Counted from the first letter of the stretch, positions 1 through 8,592 are shown. The stretch: 64,000 bases of DNA from an uncultured Clostridia bacterium (GCA_947382865.1 CANDBF010000002.1:369-64368), one strand, 5' to 3'. The notes: generated by a model not told the origin, from the letters alone. Numbers and translations are program-made.

Positions 1-1693
1 CCATATTGTTAAAATAATTACCATTGAATACATTCAGATATGAATATTCCGCATATATAACACTGTAATCACGAACAACATTGGAATACACTTCAACATC
101 ATAGATATTTAGCGTTGTATAACTTGTAGGAACACCTGCGGCATATAAAACACATGTTGCCATAATGTTGTTATAGAAATTTCCACCGAAAACATTACCT
201 TCCGCACTGACAGCGGAATTGTCCGCATAAACTCGGTAACATCTTCCTGCTTTATTGTCATGCATATCAATATCCCAAATAGTGGAAGCGCCCCTAGCTA
301 TAATCATTGAAGCGCCGTCTCCAACTTGGCAATGATCAAATTCACCGCTATAAATATATAATTGAGGAATCATTTTAGCAGCTACGGTATCTGTATTGCC
401 ATTACAAAAGTCAGCACTATTATCTTCACCAGCACCGACTAGTAACCAACCGCTACAGCTATTATAGGAAATACGTCCTCCGTCCCACATCATTTGCCCA
501 GCATATGCAACGGATACTCCATAGGATCCTCTAGTATTTCTTGTTATATTACCTCCATTAAAGAAGAATTGAGCATATCCTAATCCTGGCAATGGTGTAT
601 ACAAAGAACCAGCAGGCAACATTCCAGCTTGCAAACAAATATTTTCTCGACCTACATAAACTGAACATCCAGAGAAAGTAATATGAACATCCCTACTCCA
701 ATAGTCCTGATTCCATGCATCTCCAGGATTCTGCCAATTATGATTCTTGTCGAAAAACCTCATATCTGAAATTTCGCCATCGTTCATTATAAATACAGAG
801 CCTGCATTTGCAAAAACACCGGCACCAGTTCCAAATTTACCGGTATTTCTCATATTATTTTTCGTAAGTACGCTACCTTGTTCCAAATACAGGCATGCGC
901 TTTTTTCTAATGACTCATTATCCATCAATCTCGGAGCGGTCATCACCAGAGAATAACAAGAATAGACACCTTTATTGTCACTATTAATGAATTCGTCTCC
1001 GGAACCATTTAATTCCAAATGCTGAATAGTTAGCGTAGCACCGCTTTCTATGTAAAACATACTACCTGTAAATGATGCGTTTCTTACCGTAGTCTGAATA
1101 TTGGGATAATCTAAGGAATCAAATACGTAATCTTCTAATTGTTCAGGGTCAACAACATTGTTAGATGCATCTTTTATGACCTTTCTCCTTATGCTCTTTC
1201 TGTCTCCCGTTATGTTTGTAATGGAAGTAAGTGTAATGTTAGTACCCGTTGGAATTATGATCGTAGAATCCGCAACCAGATCTATACCGATAACATATGT
1301 AGCAGACTTGGCTAAACTATTTTCAAGGTCGGCAATCATGGTGCTCAGCTGTCCCCAGTTGTACACGCCGTAGCCGTCGTACTGTCCGTATGCGTTGAGG
1401 CTCGGCAAATGAGCTTCTCCCGCGCCAAGAACGTTATAATCCGGTTTTATCTTGTCCTCTTCTTTTAGGACAGGTTTTTCAGGAATTTCAACACTGCCGT
1501 CTGCAGATGGTAAAGATGGGTCAACAATCGGCGTCTCTTCAACTATGGGAGTATCTGTCGGCAATTCCAGCGCGGGCATATTGAACAATCCCGCCACTCC
1601 GCATGCCGTCAGCACCGCTCCTACAAGCAGCACCGCCGATACTATCATCAGCACTCTTGACATCTTCTTTGTCATCTTCCCGGTTTTAGACAT
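1..1693 (-). CDS. Secreted lipoprotein with predicted right-handed beta-helix passenger (Pmp/pectin-lyase-like); partial, 3' end runs off the window
   Basis: Absent from the supplied ORF track because there is no stop inside the window. Own translation of the minus strand from ATG 1693..1691, with AAGGAGAG 7 nt upstream. N-terminus MSKTGKMTKKMSRVLMIVSAVLLVGAVLTAC-GVAG has lipobox LTAC. The frame stays open for 564 codons down to position 2. Beta-helix-like repeats include GATLTIQHLELNG and GAGVFANAGSVFIMNDGEIS. Confidence 0.75.
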   Translation of the reverse strand, partial: MSKTGKMTKKMSRVLMIVSAVLLVGAVLTACGVAGLFNMPALELPTDTPIVEETPIVDPSLPSADGSVEIPEKPVLKEEDKIKPDYNVLGAGEAHLPSLNAYGQYDGYGVYNWGQLSTMIADLENSLAKSATYVIGIDLVADSTIIIPTGTNITLTSITNITGDRKSIRRKVIKDASNNVVDPEQLEDYVFDSLDYPNIQTTVRNASFTGSMFYIESGATLTIQHLELNGSGDEFINSDNKGVYSCYSLVMTAPRLMDNESLEKSACLYLEQGSVLTKNNMRNTGKFGTGAGVFANAGSVFIMNDGEISDMRFFDKNHNWQNPGDAWNQDYWSRDVHITFSGCSVYVGRENICLQAGMLPAGSLYTPLPGLGYAQFFFNGGNITRNTRGSYGVSVAYAGQMMWDGGRISYNSCSGWLLVGAGEDNSADFCNGNTDTVAAKMIPQLYIYSGEFDHCQVGDGASMIIARGASTIWDIDMHDNKAGRCYRVYADNSAVSAEGNVFGGNFYNNIMATCVLYAAGVPTSYTTLNIYDVEVYSNVVRDYSVIYAEYSYLNVFNGNYFNNM

Positions 1694-2316
1694 ATAGGGT
1701 CTCTCCTTTATCGTCGTTGAATGATTTCAACGTTTTTTAGCGATCCGTCTGTCTGCCTTCTTCCCGACTATTTTACCGCTGCGGTATAGTCGCCGTCCTC
1801 TTCGGACACCTCGTCGGAAAGCCGACATAACATACATCACGCTCGATAATTATGTTTATTTTCTGCTACCAACCTATAAAATTGGATAGCAAAATATGCG
1901 GACATATTCCGCTATTTGTCATTTTATCACCTTAACAAACAATATGCAACATAAAATCCAAACAAATTTGAGGAAATTTTTAGCAAATACGCCTTTTGAC
2001 CGCCTGTTTTGAGGATTATATACAGTATTTTCCTCGGTCAAAATTCCCTCTATCCCTTGACATTGCGCAGAGTTTTCACTCCGTTCGGGGCGATTTGTAC
2101 GCGTTGGGATACAATTCATTCGGCATGGTTTTGTTGCATTATCCATCATTTTTCGACACGTTTCGACACGCTTCCACTATTCTCTTATGCTAAGGCGCGC
2201 ATTTTAGTGCTCTCATATTCGAGTATGCAAATATGAATATATATGCATATATCATACTCGATAACTATATTACTCTAATATATTAAAAGTATATTAAATT
2301 AACAACTATTCTTTAA

Positions 2317-2357
2317 GTGTGAGCACGACGAGTCGTCGTATAAGAAACTGCACTGCG
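2317..2357. repeat. 41-nt direct repeat, copy 1 (gtgtgagcacgacgagtcgtcgtataagaaactgcactgcg)
   Basis: 39/41 identical to 2481-2521. Contains the internal palindrome ACGACGA-G-TCGTCGT. A third degenerate copy starts near 2391 (ctgagcacgacg...ctgcg). Copies 2 and 3 are preceded by gcttgata(a)gg. Confidence 0.9.
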
Positions 2358-2480
2358 CACTTAACGCGCTTGCACTTGGCTTGATAGGAACTGAGCACGA
2401 CGTACACTCATTCAAGAGACTACCTGCGTTCGCAGAGCGAACGCCAGTGAGTGACGAGCGCAAAACAACAGCTTGATAAG

Positions 2481-2521
2481 GTGTGAACACTACGAGTCGT
2501 CGTATAAGAAACTGCACTGCG
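2481..2521. repeat. 41-nt direct repeat, copy 2 (gtgtgaacactacgagtcgtcgtataagaaactgcactgcg)
   Basis: Lies 164 bp downstream of copy 1 and differs at 2 positions. Confidence 0.9.
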
Positions 2522-2595
2522 ACGCGCAGGGCGCAAAGAGAGGCGATTAGAGGTTGTTCTTTGTACAAGCAAGGGAGCATTGTTGTTCTCGGAGT

Positions 2596-2623
2596 CCCCG
2601 CAAAACGTCCCTGTTTTGCGGGG
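2596..2623. repeat. 11-bp-stem hairpin CCCCGCAAAAC-gtccct-GTTTTGCGGGG; its core recurs at 29934-29954
   Basis: Perfect inverted repeat read directly. The reverse complement ccccgcaaaacagggacgttt matches ccccacaaaacagggacgttt at 29934-29954 in 20 of 21 positions. Confidence 0.85.
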
Positions 2624-2736
2624 TGAGCTCCCGAGCGAGCGATATTAAGAGCTCTACGGCTGTCGCCCGAGAGCGCAGGTGTCCCCAACAAAGCGCGGGT
2701 TCTGCCCGTATGGGTAGACAGCACGTATTTTCGCGT

Positions 2737-2766
2737 GAAAAAGCGGCGCATCGCGCCGCTTTCTCA
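2737..2766. terminator. GC hairpin AAGCGGCGC-atc-GCGCCGCTT, rho-independent terminator-like in both directions
   Basis: 9-bp stem at 2741-2761. On the minus strand it is followed by TTTTTC, so it is the stronger terminator for transcripts coming from the 3178..3405 gene. On the plus strand it is followed by TTCTC, which is weak. Confidence 0.55.
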
Positions 2767-3110
2767 CAGAAATTGTTTTTTCACCATCAATTTTTATTAG
2801 CTTGAAACGCAAACCGCAATTCAGCAATCGCCAGACCGTTGCTCGCATATCAACCTTTCTTTTGTAAGCGCACGCCGCTTGCTTTCGACTTTATGCGTCG
2901 CAAACCGCTTCGTATGTAAGCAATCCGCAAACTTATATCACTCAACGCTCGACAAAACGCTTCTATGATAGCGCGTGTAAGCGTTACTCAAAGCCGTCTC
3001 ACCGCGCAACGCAGCATGCTTTTCGGGCTTATAAAAGCCTCACAGCCAAGGCGCCGCAACAAACCTGCCTCAACGCAGAATTCGCGCGAATACCTTATTT
3101 CCCTTTATCC

Positions 3111-3206
3111 CGAAGACCAATCCTTCGAGCTGTTTTGTCTCGAAGACCAATCCTTCGAGCTGTTTTGTCTCGAAGGATTACACCAATCCTTCGAGCTGTT
3201 TTGTCA
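3111..3206. repeat. Tandem 30-bp repeat x2 plus a 36-bp variant overlapping the stop codon of CDS 3178..3405
   Basis: cgaagaccaatccttcgagctgttttgtct occurs at 3111-3140 and identically at 3141-3170. The third copy (3171-3206) carries a 6-nt insertion that contains the TAA stop. Each unit forms a hairpin: CTCGAAG/CTTCGAG in the two plain copies, and an 11-bp stem CTCGAAGGATT/AATCCTTCGAG in the gene-proximal copy. Confidence 0.95.
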
Positions 3207-3405
3207 ACTTCTGCAACTGCTCACGCTTGATTTCGATGTCGGCAGTGAACGTTCTGAAAAACTGCATATCAGTCTCGTCGGGAGTGCCCTTGCTTATCAG
3301 AGCTTCGATAAGCGAAGCCTGTGAACGGGAACGCTTTATCTCCAAAAGTCTGATTTCCTCTTCAAGAGCATGGATTTCTTTTGCAATTGAGTTTCTCTTT
3401 GACAT
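3178..3405 (-). CDS. Small coiled-coil protein, 75 aa, unknown function
   Basis: ATG preceded by AAGGAGA. Heptad-like sequence EIHALEEEIRLLEIKR...REQLQKLTKQLEGLV. Lies 67 nt downstream of the giant adhesin gene on the same strand. Confidence 0.65.
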   Translation of the reverse strand: MSKRNSIAKEIHALEEEIRLLEIKRSRSQASLIEALISKGTPDETDMQFFRTFTADIEIKREQLQKLTKQLEGLV

Positions 3406-3472
3406 AATAGTGAGTCTCCTTTTTATTTTATATCAGCCGCCAAAAGACCTCCGCTTTTGACCGTATGCCATG

Positions 3473-6400
3473 TTATTGCTCGACGTCGGCTTTCTCTGCT
3501 TCCGCCTTTTCGCGCGCCTCGGCTTCCGCAAGCGACCTCTTTGCCGCTTCCGCTATCTTGTTTGCTCTTACTGCCGCTATGGTCGCGTCGACCGTAGCCT
3601 TTGTACGCATTGCGATGATTGCCTTGCCCGTGAGCATTTGCAGTATGCCTTTTTCATGCAGGATGTACAGCACCGCCGCAACTACGCCCAAGGAGCCTAT
3701 TACTATAAGCAGTATCGCCCACCACGGCAGACCCGGCTTCTCGAAGACCTCGAAGATGAGGAAATCGGAAAGCGCCATATAATCTTCCGTCTCGCCGACG
3801 GTGACCGTAATCATATACTTGCCGACAGCAAGGTCGCCAAGCACATTCACGCCCGTCGCGGAATCATAATACACTTCGTTCTTGTCGAGGTCGGTGACAA
3901 CGATATGAGCTTCGCCCCAGCGCGACGTTGCGGTAGGCAGATTCTCCTCCGCGTTGAACTTGCCCTGCACCCACGTCTGCACTTTAAGCGCGTCGACAAA
4001 TGTGTTCACGCCCTGCAATACTCTGAAACCTACCGTCGCGGGAACCATTTCGTCATAGTTCTGGCTCGCGTCGACAGTGGAAATCAGATAATAGTTGCCG
4101 TAACCCAGCTTGGAAAGGATTTCGGATACCTCCGCCGATACGCGGCCGTCTTCGAGATAAATATGGTCAAGCCCCTCGCAAACGTCAAGCCCCTGCTCGT
4201 CCCTTGCAACCTTAAACCACATATCGCGCGGATTTGCAAGATATCTGGGCGTCGCCACTATGACGTTTATCGTAGAGTCGAAATCGCCGTACTTCCAAGA
4301 CTGAATGCTAGGCACGCGCTCCCAATAGTTCTGCGCCTTCAAAATAGAGAATTCGCCGACCAGCGTCCTCGTACCCGAGAAGTTGCCTATACCCGTTATC
4401 GTCAAATCCGCAGAGCCCGTAACGACGACGCTCGCGCTCGTAAGCAGATAGTCTACGCCTTGAACAAGCGTTTTGCCCTTGTATGCAAGCGTGATTGTAG
4501 GAGTGTTGTTCGCCTCGCCGTTGTAGGTAACCGCGTGCGAGTGCGCGTTGTAGATTATATCCGAAGCCCACGCCGTGTTGCCAGCGTTCGTAAGCGCAGC
4601 CACCTTGACCGTCAGAGGCACTTCCTTGGCGACGGTCGCATACACGATGCCGTGGTCGTTTACGACATTGTCGTTCCACCAATGCGAATGCTCTTCGTCC
4701 GACTGGAAGTCGGGAGCTTCAACTTTGAGAGTATAATTGCCTGCGGACAGCTCGTACAGATAGCCGTAAAGGTTGTATATGCCAGTGGTCGCCTCTTCCG
4801 AAACTTCGCCGCTCGCAAGGTCTACGTCATAGAACATCAGACCGTTTGAAGCAAATTCTACTTTGAATTTGTCAATCGTATTGCCTTCCTTGTCAAGGAA
4901 AGTGTAATACGCCCAGTCGCCGTGCTCGGGACGGTACGCGTACGCGGTGGAGATGAAATTCTTGTCCGCGTAGGTCCATTCCAACTCAGCTCTTTCCGTC
5001 TCGGTGGTACGCACCGCGTTGTGCGCGGTCACGACGTACCACGTTTTGTTCAGCACCATCGTGTTTTCGCCGCTTACCGTCGTAAAATTGCCGCCGAACG
5101 AAATCGTAACGGAGGTCTGTACGGTGTTGATTTTGCCGATTTCCGCGTCCAAAATCAAATTATGGCTATAAGTGATAGTTGAGTTGTTAAGGTATGCGCC
5201 CAGATTGCCGAGATTGCCCACCGCAAAGTCTCTGTCAAGACGCAGGTTCAGCGCATTGTTGCCGCGATAGTACGCGTATGCGTCGTATATCGACGCGTCT
5301 CCGTTGGTCAGGACGCCGTCCACAAGGAAGCTGACGTTTGCGCCGTCCAGAAGCGAAACCTTATCCTCGCCGAAGTACAGCGACCAAAGTCCTGCCGCCG
5401 CGCCCGATTCGAGATCCGCCGCGTCAATGTCTATCGTGATAGGCAGAATGGATACCTGAGAAACCTTATCCTTATTATGAAGAACTGCGTTGCCTTCTCC
5501 GTCGATGCGGACGGTATAATTAAGCGCGTTTACAAAATCCAAGGTCGTCCCGTTGGCGTCGCTGAAAACGAGAGTCAGATGTTCGCTGCGGTCGGGGACG
5601 TCATAACCGTAACCTTCCGCATACACGTACTCTACGTAATCCAGACGGTCTCCGTTCTGATTTCTGATGCTAAGCTTCGCGCGGATATTTGCGCTCTGGT
5701 CGGCGCCGTTGTACAGGAAGCCCGTCGTTGACGACACAAAACCGTTCTCTGCCGCGTTGTAGTATTCCCACTCGACTACGTACGTCAAATCATACGTAAG
5801 CGTAATGGCGAAACCCAACTCCACCGTGCCGGCGTAGTTGCCGATACCGCTTATTACGGCGGAAGCGCCGTCGCCTATATTTACGTTGTTCTTGTATTCA
5901 ACCGAATAGTCGTTGCCAAGGCTCAGACCCGCGTCAGTACCGCTGGGCAAAGTCGCCTTTACCGTCGGCTTTACCTCCTGACCGGAGAAGCCGAAAGACG
6001 TGCAGTTGTTTCCATCGGCGTTGATGAGGTTGAAAATGAAATTCTCTTCAATCGAAGCGGGCGCGACGTAAACTCCGAACGCAACGGTCGCGGAGCCGAC
6101 GGTGAAATCAACGCTATGGATAGAAACGTCCTGTCCGTCATATTTAACGTCGCCGTACTCGTTGGCTTCGTTTACTTCATCGTTCAATTTTATACCGACT
6201 ACCTTTTTCTCGCCGTAGGTAAACGATACGCCGTAGTCCGAAACGGTCACGTAATCGTCTTCGCCTTCGTATTTAACCGACCATTGCAGCGGCGACGTAT
6301 TTTCAAGCGCTATTACGCTGCCGTCGTTTGCAAGCGCTACGCTGTCAGAGACGGAAGTAACGCCGATAGATTTTTGGAAAACCACATTTCTAATTGGGTT

Positions 6401-8281
6401 GATTGCATATCCGTCGGGAGAATTGTACTTGGCATAATCCGAAATCAAAGCTGCGCCGCATGTTCCGTAGACCGTTACGCGCGCCGCATCGTCGAATGCC
6501 TGTACGGCTTTGACTTTAACGCCCGATACGCAGTCGATAACGTTTACGATCGCTTTGCCGCCGACGTTAACGAAGCTTTCGCTACCCTCGCCGTAAATCT
6601 TGCCGTCAACGGTAGCGTTCTTTATAGTCGCGGAAGCAAAGTTTCCGCCGAAGCTCTTGATGTATATGGCTTCGCCGTCTGTTTCGTCGATAACGGCATT
6701 ATTGTCAAAAGAAATCTGACCGTTATTTACGTAAACTGCAACTTTGACCGAGCCGCCGACCACACTGTTTGTCAACGTTCCGCCTGCAACCTCGACTTTT
6801 GCGCCCGATTCCACATAGTACGCAGTGCCCGTTTCGGCTTTGTTATCGCTCATATCCGCGCCGCTGAAACGCGCTCCGGTGTCCATTCCTGTTTGTACAA
6901 CGCCGCCCTGAACAGCGCTGTTATCGGTAAAGACGCTGTCTGAAACGATAAGAGCCTCGGGACGGAACCATGTGCTTTCGCCCGATACGTACAACGCGCC
7001 GCCGTTTCCTTCGGTTTCATTGCCCTCAAAGTTGCATCCGCTTATTTCCGTCAAGCTGTACACGGTTACCGTAGCGCCGTCGCCTGCGGAAACGTTATCC
7101 TCGCTGAACACCGCGCCGCCCGCCGTTTTGGCATAGTTGTTGGTAAATACCGAGTTATCGATTTTTGCGGTCTGGCAACCCGAAATAAATATCGCGCCGC
7201 CTCTTGCGTCTGCACCGGTTGCATTATTGTCGGAAACAGTAACATTTGAAACGTTTACGGTCGCTTTCTGCGCATAAATTGCGCCGCCGTTGCCCGTAGC
7301 CGAGTTATTGGCGATAAGACCGCCGTTTATAACGATATTCGCATTTGTATTGGAGTCGGTGGGAGTGGTAGCGATAGCGCCGCCGTTGCCCGCCGTTTGT
7401 CTCTCTTCCGTTTCCACAGGGGCAGGATCGGGCGTTTCTTCGCCGTCGCCGCCTATGTCGGGAATTTCGGGCTCTCCGACAGTCACGGTATAGGTCAGCG
7501 ATTTGCTTTCGTTGCCGATAATCGCCGCGCCGTCGTTCATTGTAAACGTCTTGACGTTGGGCGTTACGTAAACCGCGCCGCCGTACTCAGAGGCGCTGTT
7601 CCCGAACAGCGTTCCGCCGCTGAGGGTCACGTTGCCGCCCGAAAGAATCGCTCCGCCCTGAGAGGATTTTCCACCCGTGATGATTCCGCCATTTACGGGG
7701 ACGATATTCCCATCCGAGTCCGTATACTGATATTTTTCATCGGCATGCGTCGCAGTAGGATTACTGTCTACGATTTCGACGTTTCCGTGCAGATACATAA
7801 CGGAGCCGACGGGTCCTGTGGGATTGTTTGTCCAATTATCCTCGGGAATATTGCGGTTGATAATATGACCGTTCAAATCCAAAATGATATTCGCTTTGGT
7901 AGGCACCATCAGTCCGCCGTTGTTGAAAGCTCTTTGCGAACCGGTTTCATTCCCGAATACGCCGCCGGCAGCAGTCCAGTTATCCGCAAGCAAAACCTTG
8001 ACAAGTCTGTTGTCGGCCTTTTTGTCAGTGAGCTCGACCGCTTTTCTGATTGCCTCTTTCCATCCGTCGGCAGCCTGTTTGGTTCTGTAATAGAAAGTAG
8101 TCTCAGTATTTACGCCTATCTCGCCCAAAACATATGTATATGCCGGAACAACTTCCGCCGACGGCTGCGCGCTGCTGGCGTCCGCGACCGAAGTCGTGAT
8201 ACCTACGAACAGACATGCAACAAGCAACGCGGCGAGAATTACTGCCATACCGTTACGCACTATCAGAGATTTGGATTTCAT
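3473..8281 (-). CDS. Giant surface protein (1602 aa): signal/TM, Pmp-type beta-helix repeats, Ig-like repeat region, C-terminal TM anchor and charged tail
   Basis: Start moved from the track's 8368 to ATG 8281 (AAGGAGAA upstream; N-terminus MKSKSLIVRNGMAVILAALLVACLFVG). GGA[ILV][YF]-type motifs recur (GGAVYV, GGAIYAQ, GGAIFISG, GGAVFSE, GGALYVSG), as in polymorphic-membrane-protein repeats. C-terminus is LPWWAILLIVIGSLGVVAAVLYIL followed by a K/E/A-rich tail. Confidence 0.85.
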   Translation of the reverse strand: MKSKSLIVRNGMAVILAALLVACLFVGITTSVADASSAQPSAEVVPAYTYVLGEIGVNTETTFYYRTKQAADGWKEAIRKAVELTDKKADNRLVKVLLADNWTAAGGVFGNETGSQRAFNNGGLMVPTKANIILDLNGHIINRNIPEDNWTNNPTGPVGSVMYLHGNVEIVDSNPTATHADEKYQYTDSDGNIVPVNGGIITGGKSSQGGAILSGGNVTLSGGTLFGNSASEYGGAVYVTPNVKTFTMNDGAAIIGNESKSLTYTVTVGEPEIPDIGGDGEETPDPAPVETEERQTAGNGGAIATTPTDSNTNANIVINGGLIANNSATGNGGAIYAQKATVNVSNVTVSDNNATGADARGGAIFISGCQTAKIDNSVFTNNYAKTAGGAVFSEDNVSAGDGATVTVYSLTEISGCNFEGNETEGNGGALYVSGESTWFRPEALIVSDSVFTDNSAVQGGVVQTGMDTGARFSGADMSDNKAETGTAYYVESGAKVEVAGGTLTNSVVGGSVKVAVYVNNGQISFDNNAVIDETDGEAIYIKSFGGNFASATIKNATVDGKIYGEGSESFVNVGGKAIVNVIDCVSGVKVKAVQAFDDAARVTVYGTCGAALISDYAKYNSPDGYAINPIRNVVFQKSIGVTSVSDSVALANDGSVIALENTSPLQWSVKYEGEDDYVTVSDYGVSFTYGEKKVVGIKLNDEVNEANEYGDVKYDGQDVSIHSVDFTVGSATVAFGVYVAPASIEENFIFNLINADGNNCTSFGFSGQEVKPTVKATLPSGTDAGLSLGNDYSVEYKNNVNIGDGASAVISGIGNYAGTVELGFAITLTYDLTYVVEWEYYNAAENGFVSSTTGFLYNGADQSANIRAKLSIRNQNGDRLDYVEYVYAEGYGYDVPDRSEHLTLVFSDANGTTLDFVNALNYTVRIDGEGNAVLHNKDKVSQVSILPITIDIDAADLESGAAAGLWSLYFGEDKVSLLDGANVSFLVDGVLTNGDASIYDAYAYYRGNNALNLRLDRDFAVGNLGNLGAYLNNSTITYSHNLILDAEIGKINTVQTSVTISFGGNFTTVSGENTMVLNKTWYVVTAHNAVRTTETERAELEWTYADKNFISTAYAYRPEHGDWAYYTFLDKEGNTIDKFKVEFASNGLMFYDVDLASGEVSEEATTGIYNLYGYLYELSAGNYTLKVEAPDFQSDEEHSHWWNDNVVNDHGIVYATVAKEVPLTVKVAALTNAGNTAWASDIIYNAHSHAVTYNGEANNTPTITLAYKGKTLVQGVDYLLTSASVVVTGSADLTITGIGNFSGTRTLVGEFSILKAQNYWERVPSIQSWKYGDFDSTINVIVATPRYLANPRDMWFKVARDEQGLDVCEGLDHIYLEDGRVSAEVSEILSKLGYGNYYLISTVDASQNYDEMVPATVGFRVLQGVNTFVDALKVQTWVQGKFNAEENLPTATSRWGEAHIVVTDLDKNEVYYDSATGVNVLGDLAVGKYMITVTVGETEDYMALSDFLIFEVFEKPGLPWWAILLIVIGSLGVVAAVLYILHEKGILQMLTGKAIIAMRTKATVDATIAAVRANKIAEAAKRSLAEAEAREKAEAEKADVEQ

Positions 8282-8382
8282 CAGTTTTCTCCTTTGAAAA
8301 TCTTCTATACCTACATGAGTTAGTCTATCGACTTTTATGCCAAAAGGCATAACGATAGAACACCGCATAATACAGCGAGTTT

Positions 8383-8412
8383 ATTTTATCTTTTTTTATT
8401 GAAGCCTGTCAA
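8383..8412 (-). promoter_or_regulatory. Sigma-70-type promoter for the giant adhesin gene
   Basis: On the minus strand: TTGACA (8412..8407), 18-nt spacer, TAAAAT (8388..8383). About 100 nt upstream of the ATG. Confidence 0.5.
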
Positions 8413-8592
8413 GACTTTTGTTCCAGCAATTTTGCAAATATGATAAATTTCTCGCCTTTTCTTTGATTTTCGGTGCTCTATAATATGTTGTTTAATATAT
8501 AAAAGTAACTATTATATAATAATATTTATATGTCGGACGTCGCTTTTCGCCCTTTTCAAGGAAATATTTTACAGCGCGTCGCGGTTGCCCGA

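Larger units (their letters stand above)
2300..2770 (+). ncRNA. Candidate large structured non-coding RNA or repeat-rich GC island (unclassified)
   Basis: GC-rich ~470-nt block with no credible ORF. The overlapping ORFs 2299..2751(-) and 2554..2805(+) are R/S/L-rich junk with no RBS. An AT-rich promoter-like stretch (2200-2300) precedes it and a GC hairpin at 2741-2761 closes it. It contains two 41-nt near-identical repeats, an 11-bp hairpin at 2596-2623 and an 8-bp hairpin GCGTTCGC/GCGAACGC. Strand is inferred only from the promoter and terminator placement. Confidence 0.3.

Noticed and set aside
1715-1738. Canonical-looking plus-strand terminator (CGTTGAA-tgat-TTCAACG followed by TTTTTT), located ~20 nt upstream of the RBS of the minus-strand gene.
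   Set aside because: No plus-strand gene lies upstream that it could terminate; it would act only on antisense transcripts. On the minus strand it is an A-run followed by a hairpin in the 5' UTR. It is recorded as a structure only and not called a terminator.
1919-2236. Small ORFs 1919..2149(-), 1996..2193(+) and 2009..2236(+) upstream of the lipoprotein gene.
   Set aside because: No RBS and odd composition. They overlap the AT-rich promoter/5'-UTR region of the minus-strand lipoprotein gene, where a candidate TTGACC-15-TATAAT promoter lies near 2016-2041.
2215-2265. AT-rich palindromic segment (…gaatatatatgcatatat…) that superficially resembles a Firmicute dif/Xer site.
   Set aside because: Only the GAATATATAT core matches the B. 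subtilis dif sequence as I remember it. The conserved XerD arm (TTATGTAAACT-like) is absent.
2299-2805. ORFs 2299..2751(-), 2554..2805(+) and 2654..2848(-) inside the large non-coding region.
   Set aside because: They overlap one another and are Arg/Ser/Leu/Cys-rich with no RBS or motifs. They run through perfect hairpins and 41-nt repeats. The region is treated as non-coding.
3111-3206. Possible CRISPR-like array (30-bp repeats).
   Set aside because: The repeats are directly adjacent with no spacers, there are only 2-3 copies, and they are in frame with the end of a gene. No cas genes are in the window.
3470-4849. Very long plus-strand ORFs antisense to real genes: 3470..4849 (459 aa), 32779..34230 (483 aa), 36641..37918 (425 aa), 43394..44647 (417 aa), 59999..61288 (429 aa), 61433..63112 (559 aa), and several of 250-340 aa.
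   Set aside because: Each lies entirely inside a well-supported minus-strand gene. They have R/H/V/L-rich compositions with no recognisable motifs and lack RBSs. They are best explained by sense-strand codon bias that avoids TTA/CTA/TCA codons, which keeps the antisense frame free of stops.
8282-8368. N-terminal extensions of track ORFs: 8368, 11746, 17771, 19928, 23553, 26283, 37972, 39272, 40980, 46409, 46481, 48277, 53937 and 56888.
   Set aside because: The extensions overlap upstream genes or intergenic promoters, start at TTG/GTG or lack an RBS, and precede an internal ATG that has a good SD and a sensible N-terminus (signal peptide, Walker motif or family-typical start).
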